A stretch of DNA of 64,000 bases from Longimicrobiales bacterium (GTDB taxonomy: Bacteria > Gemmatimonadota > Gemmatimonadetes > Longimicrobiales > Gaopeijiaceae). The DNA lies in assembly GCA_963664435.2 (NCBI GenBank), contig CAXXKM010000002.1, forward strand, positions 384,001 through 448,000, given 5' to 3'. The translations under genes were made by a program, and so were the position numbers. The notes under the pieces are model-generated. The model did not search any database. It worked only from the letters and a program-made list of their open reading frames with translations, and was not told where the DNA came from. Positions 60,389-64,000 of the stretch are shown here, piece by piece (position 1 is the stretch's first letter; the number at the start of each line of letters is the position of its first letter).

Positions 60389-61447
60389 GTGGCATTCATC
60401 GACAAGCCCGCAGCGGGCGCCGCCGCGCCCCCCGCCCTCGAAGAGGCCGACGACGTGGCGCTGGCCGCGCGCATGACCGCCGGCCGCGATCAGATCCTCA
60501 GCGAACTGCGCAAGGTCATCATCGGCCAGGACGAAGTCATCGAGCAGGTCCTGATCACCCTGTTCGTGGGCGGCAACAGCCTGATCGTGGGGGTGCCCGG
60601 GCTCGCGAAAACGCTGCTCGTGCACACCATGGCCCAGGTGCTGGACCTGAACTTCGCGCGCATCCAGTTCACCCCCGACCTGATGCCCTCGGACATCACC
60701 GGCACCGACATCATCCAGGAGGACCCCAAGACCGGGAAGCGCACCATGGTGTTCGCCCCGGGCCCGGTGTTCACCAACATCCTGCTCGCGGACGAGATCA
60801 ACCGGACTCCTCCCAAGACCCAGTCGGCGCTCCTGGAAGCGATGCAGGAGCACCGCGTGACCATCCAGGGGCGCACCTACGACCTGGACCCGCCCTTCTT
60901 CGTATTCGCCACCCAGAACCCCATCGAGCTGGAGGGGACCTACCCGCTCCCGGAGGCCCAGCTCGACCGCTTCATGTTCCACATCATCATGGAGCACCTG
61001 CCCGAGGACGATGAACTGGAGGTCGTGCGCGAGACGACGTCGCTGCAGGACATCAAGTTCTCGCACGCCGTCACCGGCGATGACCTGATCCGCTTCCAGA
61101 AGCTGGTGCGCAAGGTCCCCGTGTCGGACGCCGTGATGCGCTACGCCGTGCAACTGGGGCGCACCAGCCGCCCCAGCCCGAACGGCACCAGCCCGGAAGT
61201 CATCAGCAAGTGGGTCTCCTTCGGGGCAAGCGTGCGGGGCGCCCAGAACCTCATTCTGGCCGGCAAGGCGCGGGCGCTCACCCGGGGACGCTACCATGTC
61301 AGCTTCGACGACATCCGCGCCCTCGCGAAGCCGGTGCTCAGGCACCGCGTGCTCACCAACTTCCACGCGGAGTCGGAAGGAATCACCACCGACGAGATCA
61401 TCGAGGATCTGATCACCCAGGTCCCGACGCCTTCCTCCGGGATGTAG
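60389..61447 (+). CDS. moxR: MoxR family AAA+ ATPase
   Basis: GVPGLAKT, RIQFTPDLMPSDITG, LLADEINRTPPKTQSALLEAMQE, ATQNPIELEGTYPLPEAQLDRF. Confidence 0.95.
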   Translation: MAFIDKPAAGAAAPPALEEADDVALAARMTAGRDQILSELRKVIIGQDEVIEQVLITLFVGGNSLIVGVPGLAKTLLVHTMAQVLDLNFARIQFTPDLMPSDITGTDIIQEDPKTGKRTMVFAPGPVFTNILLADEINRTPPKTQSALLEAMQEHRVTIQGRTYDLDPPFFVFATQNPIELEGTYPLPEAQLDRFMFHIIMEHLPEDDELEVVRETTSLQDIKFSHAVTGDDLIRFQKLVRKVPVSDAVMRYAVQLGRTSRPSPNGTSPEVISKWVSFGASVRGAQNLILAGKARALTRGRYHVSFDDIRALAKPVLRHRVLTNFHAESEGITTDEIIEDLITQVPTPSSGM

Positions 61448-61448
61448 C

Positions 61449-62369
61449 ATGGCGCGCACCGCCGTCCGTCCATCCGGTCCGGGCACCGGGTTCATCGACC
61501 CCAGGGTCCTGGGACGCATCCACAACCTCGAGTTGCTGGCGCGCACCGTGGTGGACGGCTTCATCAGCGGACTGCACCGGGCGCCCTTCCTCGGACTCTC
61601 GGTCGACTTCGCCGAGCATCGGCAGTACATGCCGGGAGACGACATACGCAGGATCGACTGGCGCCTGTTCGCGCGCAGCGACCGCTTCTACCTGAAGCAC
61701 TACGAGGCGGACTCGAACGCCAACTTCATGGTCGTCCTCGACATCTCCCGCTCCATGACCTTCCAGCAGGACGGCATCTCCAAGCTGGACTACGGGCGCT
61801 ACCTCGCGGCCTGCCTGTCGTACTTCTCGCGGCAGCAGAGGGACCGGGTGGGACTGCTCACCATCGCCGGGGAGATCGTGGACTACATTCCGCCGGCGGC
61901 CGGGCACCTCGACCTCGTGCTGCACGCCATCGACCGCATCGAAGCCGGCGGCGCCGGCACCCTGGCCCAGCCGCTCTTCGAGCTCACCGGCCGCATCGGG
62001 CGGCGGGGCATCATGGTGGTGATCTCGGATTTCTACGAGGAGCCCGACGCGGTGGTCGACGCCGTCAAGGACCTGCGCTACGCCGGCCACGACGTCATCG
62101 TCTTCCATCTTCTCGATCCCGCCGAACTCGACTTTCCCTTCGAGAAGCCGGCCAGCTTCCAGGACCTCGAGTCCGAGGCGCGCCTTCCCGTGGTGCCTGG
62201 GCGGCTCCGTGAGGGGTATCGCGAGCTCATCCGCGAACACACCGAAACCCTGTCGCGGCGCTTCGTCGAGCACCGCATCGACTACGCGCTCTTCAACACG
62301 GGGACACCCCTCGACTACGCCCTCTTCAGCTACCTGTCCGCACGCCAGAGGTTGACCCGCGTCCGATGA
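61449..62369 (+). CDS. DUF58 domain protein
   Basis: GLHR, FAEHRQYMPGDDIRRIDW, LDISRSM, VISDF. Confidence 0.93.
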   Translation: MARTAVRPSGPGTGFIDPRVLGRIHNLELLARTVVDGFISGLHRAPFLGLSVDFAEHRQYMPGDDIRRIDWRLFARSDRFYLKHYEADSNANFMVVLDISRSMTFQQDGISKLDYGRYLAACLSYFSRQQRDRVGLLTIAGEIVDYIPPAAGHLDLVLHAIDRIEAGGAGTLAQPLFELTGRIGRRGIMVVISDFYEEPDAVVDAVKDLRYAGHDVIVFHLLDPAELDFPFEKPASFQDLESEARLPVVPGRLREGYRELIREHTETLSRRFVEHRIDYALFNTGTPLDYALFSYLSARQRLTRVR

Positions 62370-64000
62370 GTGCCCTCGCCTTCCTCGCGCCCCTGTTCCT
62401 CCTGGGCCTCGGCTTCCTGGTGTGGCCGGTGCTCGTGCACCTGGTCCAGAAGGACCGCAAGGAGGTGGTCGAGTTCCCCTCGCTGATGTTCCTGCAGCGG
62501 GTTCCCTACAAGTCGTCCCGGCGGCAGAAGATTCGTCACTGGCTGTTGCTGCTGATGCGCCTCGCGGCGCTCACGGCGCTCATCGCCGCATTCGCGCGCC
62601 CGTTCCTGGACCGCGAGGACATCGCCCTCACCGGAGCGCAGGTGGCGCGCGAGGTGGTCATCCTCGTGGACCGTTCGTACAGCATGGACTACGGCGACCG
62701 CTGGGCGGACGCCCTGGCGGGCGCGCGCGCGGCGGTGCGCCAGCTGGGCCCGGAGGACCGCGCCTCGCTGGTGTTCTTCTCGGCCGGCGCCACCCTTGCC
62801 GTTCGCTCGACCACCGACCGCACGGTGCTCTTCGCCGCACTGGACACGGCCGCGCCCGGCACCGCCGGCACACGCTTCGGTCCGGCGCTCGACCTCGCGC
62901 GCACCGTGCTGGAGCAGTCGAACCTTCCGGGACGGCACGCGGTGGTGATCTCCGACTTCCAGCGCGCGGGATGGGACGGCGACGAGGGCGCGCGCCTGCC
63001 GCCGGGCACCACGGTGGACCCGGTTGTGGTCAGCGGACCGTACGAGGGCGATCTCGCCGTCGGCCAGCTCCTCTTCCAGCGGAACTTCCGCGACGGACTG
63101 GAGCGGGTCGAAACCACGGCCCGGCTCGTCAACTCCGGCGACCGGGAGGTCGAAGACGTGGAGGTGACGCTGGAGCTGGACGGCAGACCGGTCGGGTCGG
63201 CGGCGGCAACGCTTGGGCCCAACGGCACCGCGCTGGTGACGCTGCCGCCCTTCACGCTCAGCGAGCCGTTCATGCGCGGCTCGGTGCGCGTCCCGGGCGA
63301 TGCCTTGTCCGCCAACGACGTCGCCCACTTCGTGTTGTCGCCGGGGGAAGGGTTCTCGGTGCTGGTCGTCGAGGACGGATCCGACCCCAGGGACCCCAGC
63401 CTGTATCTCACCCAGGCGCTGGACATCGGCACCGATCCCGCCTTCGACGTCGAGGTCACCACGGTGGGCGCGATGACCGCGGGCGACCTGGCCGGCCGGT
63501 CGGTGGTGATCCTCAACGGGGCGCGGCCGCCGCGGGGCGGGGTGGGGACACGCCTGCGTGAATTCGTGGAGGACGGCGGCGGCCTGGTGGTCATCCTGGG
63601 CGAACGGAGCAGCTGGCCCGCCGACGGGCCCGACCTCCTCCCCGGCCCGCTGGGACCGGTGATGGAGCCGGAGTGGCGCGAGGGCCGCGGCGGAACGCTC
63701 GGCCGCATCGACTACACCCACCCCGTCTTCGCCCTCTTCGCCGCCCCCCGCAGCGGCGACCTCACCGACGCCACCTTCTTCCGCTACCGCAACGTGCAAC
63801 TGGCGGGGGCGGAGGGCGTACTGGCCCGCTTCGACAACGGCGCGGTGGCGCTGGCGGAACGGCAGGTGGGCGCGGGACGGGTGCTGCTCTGGACGTCGAT
63901 GCTCGACAACTACTGGAACGACATGGTCTTGCAGCCCATCTTCCTGCCTCTCGCCCACCAGTTGGTCAAGCACGCGGGCAGTTTCCGTCCCCCCACGCCC
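62366..64000 (+). CDS. BatA N-terminal + vWA domain protein (3' end outside window)
   Basis: ATG 62366; PVLVHL..FPSLMFL..LLLLMRL..AFARP; MIDAS VDRSYSM, VISDFQ; still in frame at the window end. Confidence 0.9.
   Translation, partial: MSALAFLAPLFLLGLGFLVWPVLVHLVQKDRKEVVEFPSLMFLQRVPYKSSRRQKIRHWLLLLMRLAALTALIAAFARPFLDREDIALTGAQVAREVVILVDRSYSMDYGDRWADALAGARAAVRQLGPEDRASLVFFSAGATLAVRSTTDRTVLFAALDTAAPGTAGTRFGPALDLARTVLEQSNLPGRHAVVISDFQRAGWDGDEGARLPPGTTVDPVVVSGPYEGDLAVGQLLFQRNFRDGLERVETTARLVNSGDREVEDVEVTLELDGRPVGSAAATLGPNGTALVTLPPFTLSEPFMRGSVRVPGDALSANDVAHFVLSPGEGFSVLVVEDGSDPRDPSLYLTQALDIGTDPAFDVEVTTVGAMTAGDLAGRSVVILNGARPPRGGVGTRLREFVEDGGGLVVILGERSSWPADGPDLLPGPLGPVMEPEWREGRGGTLGRIDYTHPVFALFAAPRSGDLTDATFFRYRNVQLAGAEGVLARFDNGAVALAERQVGAGRVLLWTSMLDNYWNDMVLQPIFLPLAHQLVKHAGSFRPPTP

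Noticed and set aside
74..63973. Many long overlapping or antisense ORFs in the six-frame track (e.g. 74-1537, 10580-12349, 28152-29900, 56703-58694, 62330-63973)
   Set aside because: Shadow ORFs expected in high-GC DNA; Arg/Pro/Gly-rich, no motifs, and they overlap well-supported genes

Overview
GC-rich bacterial DNA. The gene content (SusC/SusD pair, BlaI + M56-TonB, DUF5916, PorV-like barrel, DUF4159/MoxR/DUF58/BatA operon) suggests Gemmatimonadota, but this is inference only. The flanks (1-26.2 kb and 45-64 kb) are mostly core or envelope genes: an aminotransferase, a degenerate DEAD-box protein, a K+ channel, infA, tRNA-Asn(GTT), PhoX, SRAP and a MoxR-vWA operon. The centre (about 26.25-45.02 kb) is an accessory island punctuated by four copies of the palindrome TCTGCCA-N3-TGGCAGA, with one intact, one truncated and one vestigial copy of the same tyrosine integrase. 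Its cargo includes three exported HExxH protein + exported partner pairs, an AAA ATPase + TOPRIM-like pair, a nucleotidyltransferase-like ORF and an IS110 element. In the IS110 non-coding leader I could read a bridge RNA directly: its loops match the element's own ends and its insertion site, and two further unoccupied target sites lie within 2 kb. Separately, 6.0-9.5 kb carries two secreted twin-CX10C peptides next to a beta-propeller protein and an ABC transporter. All family assignments come from recognising motifs by eye; no searches were run.
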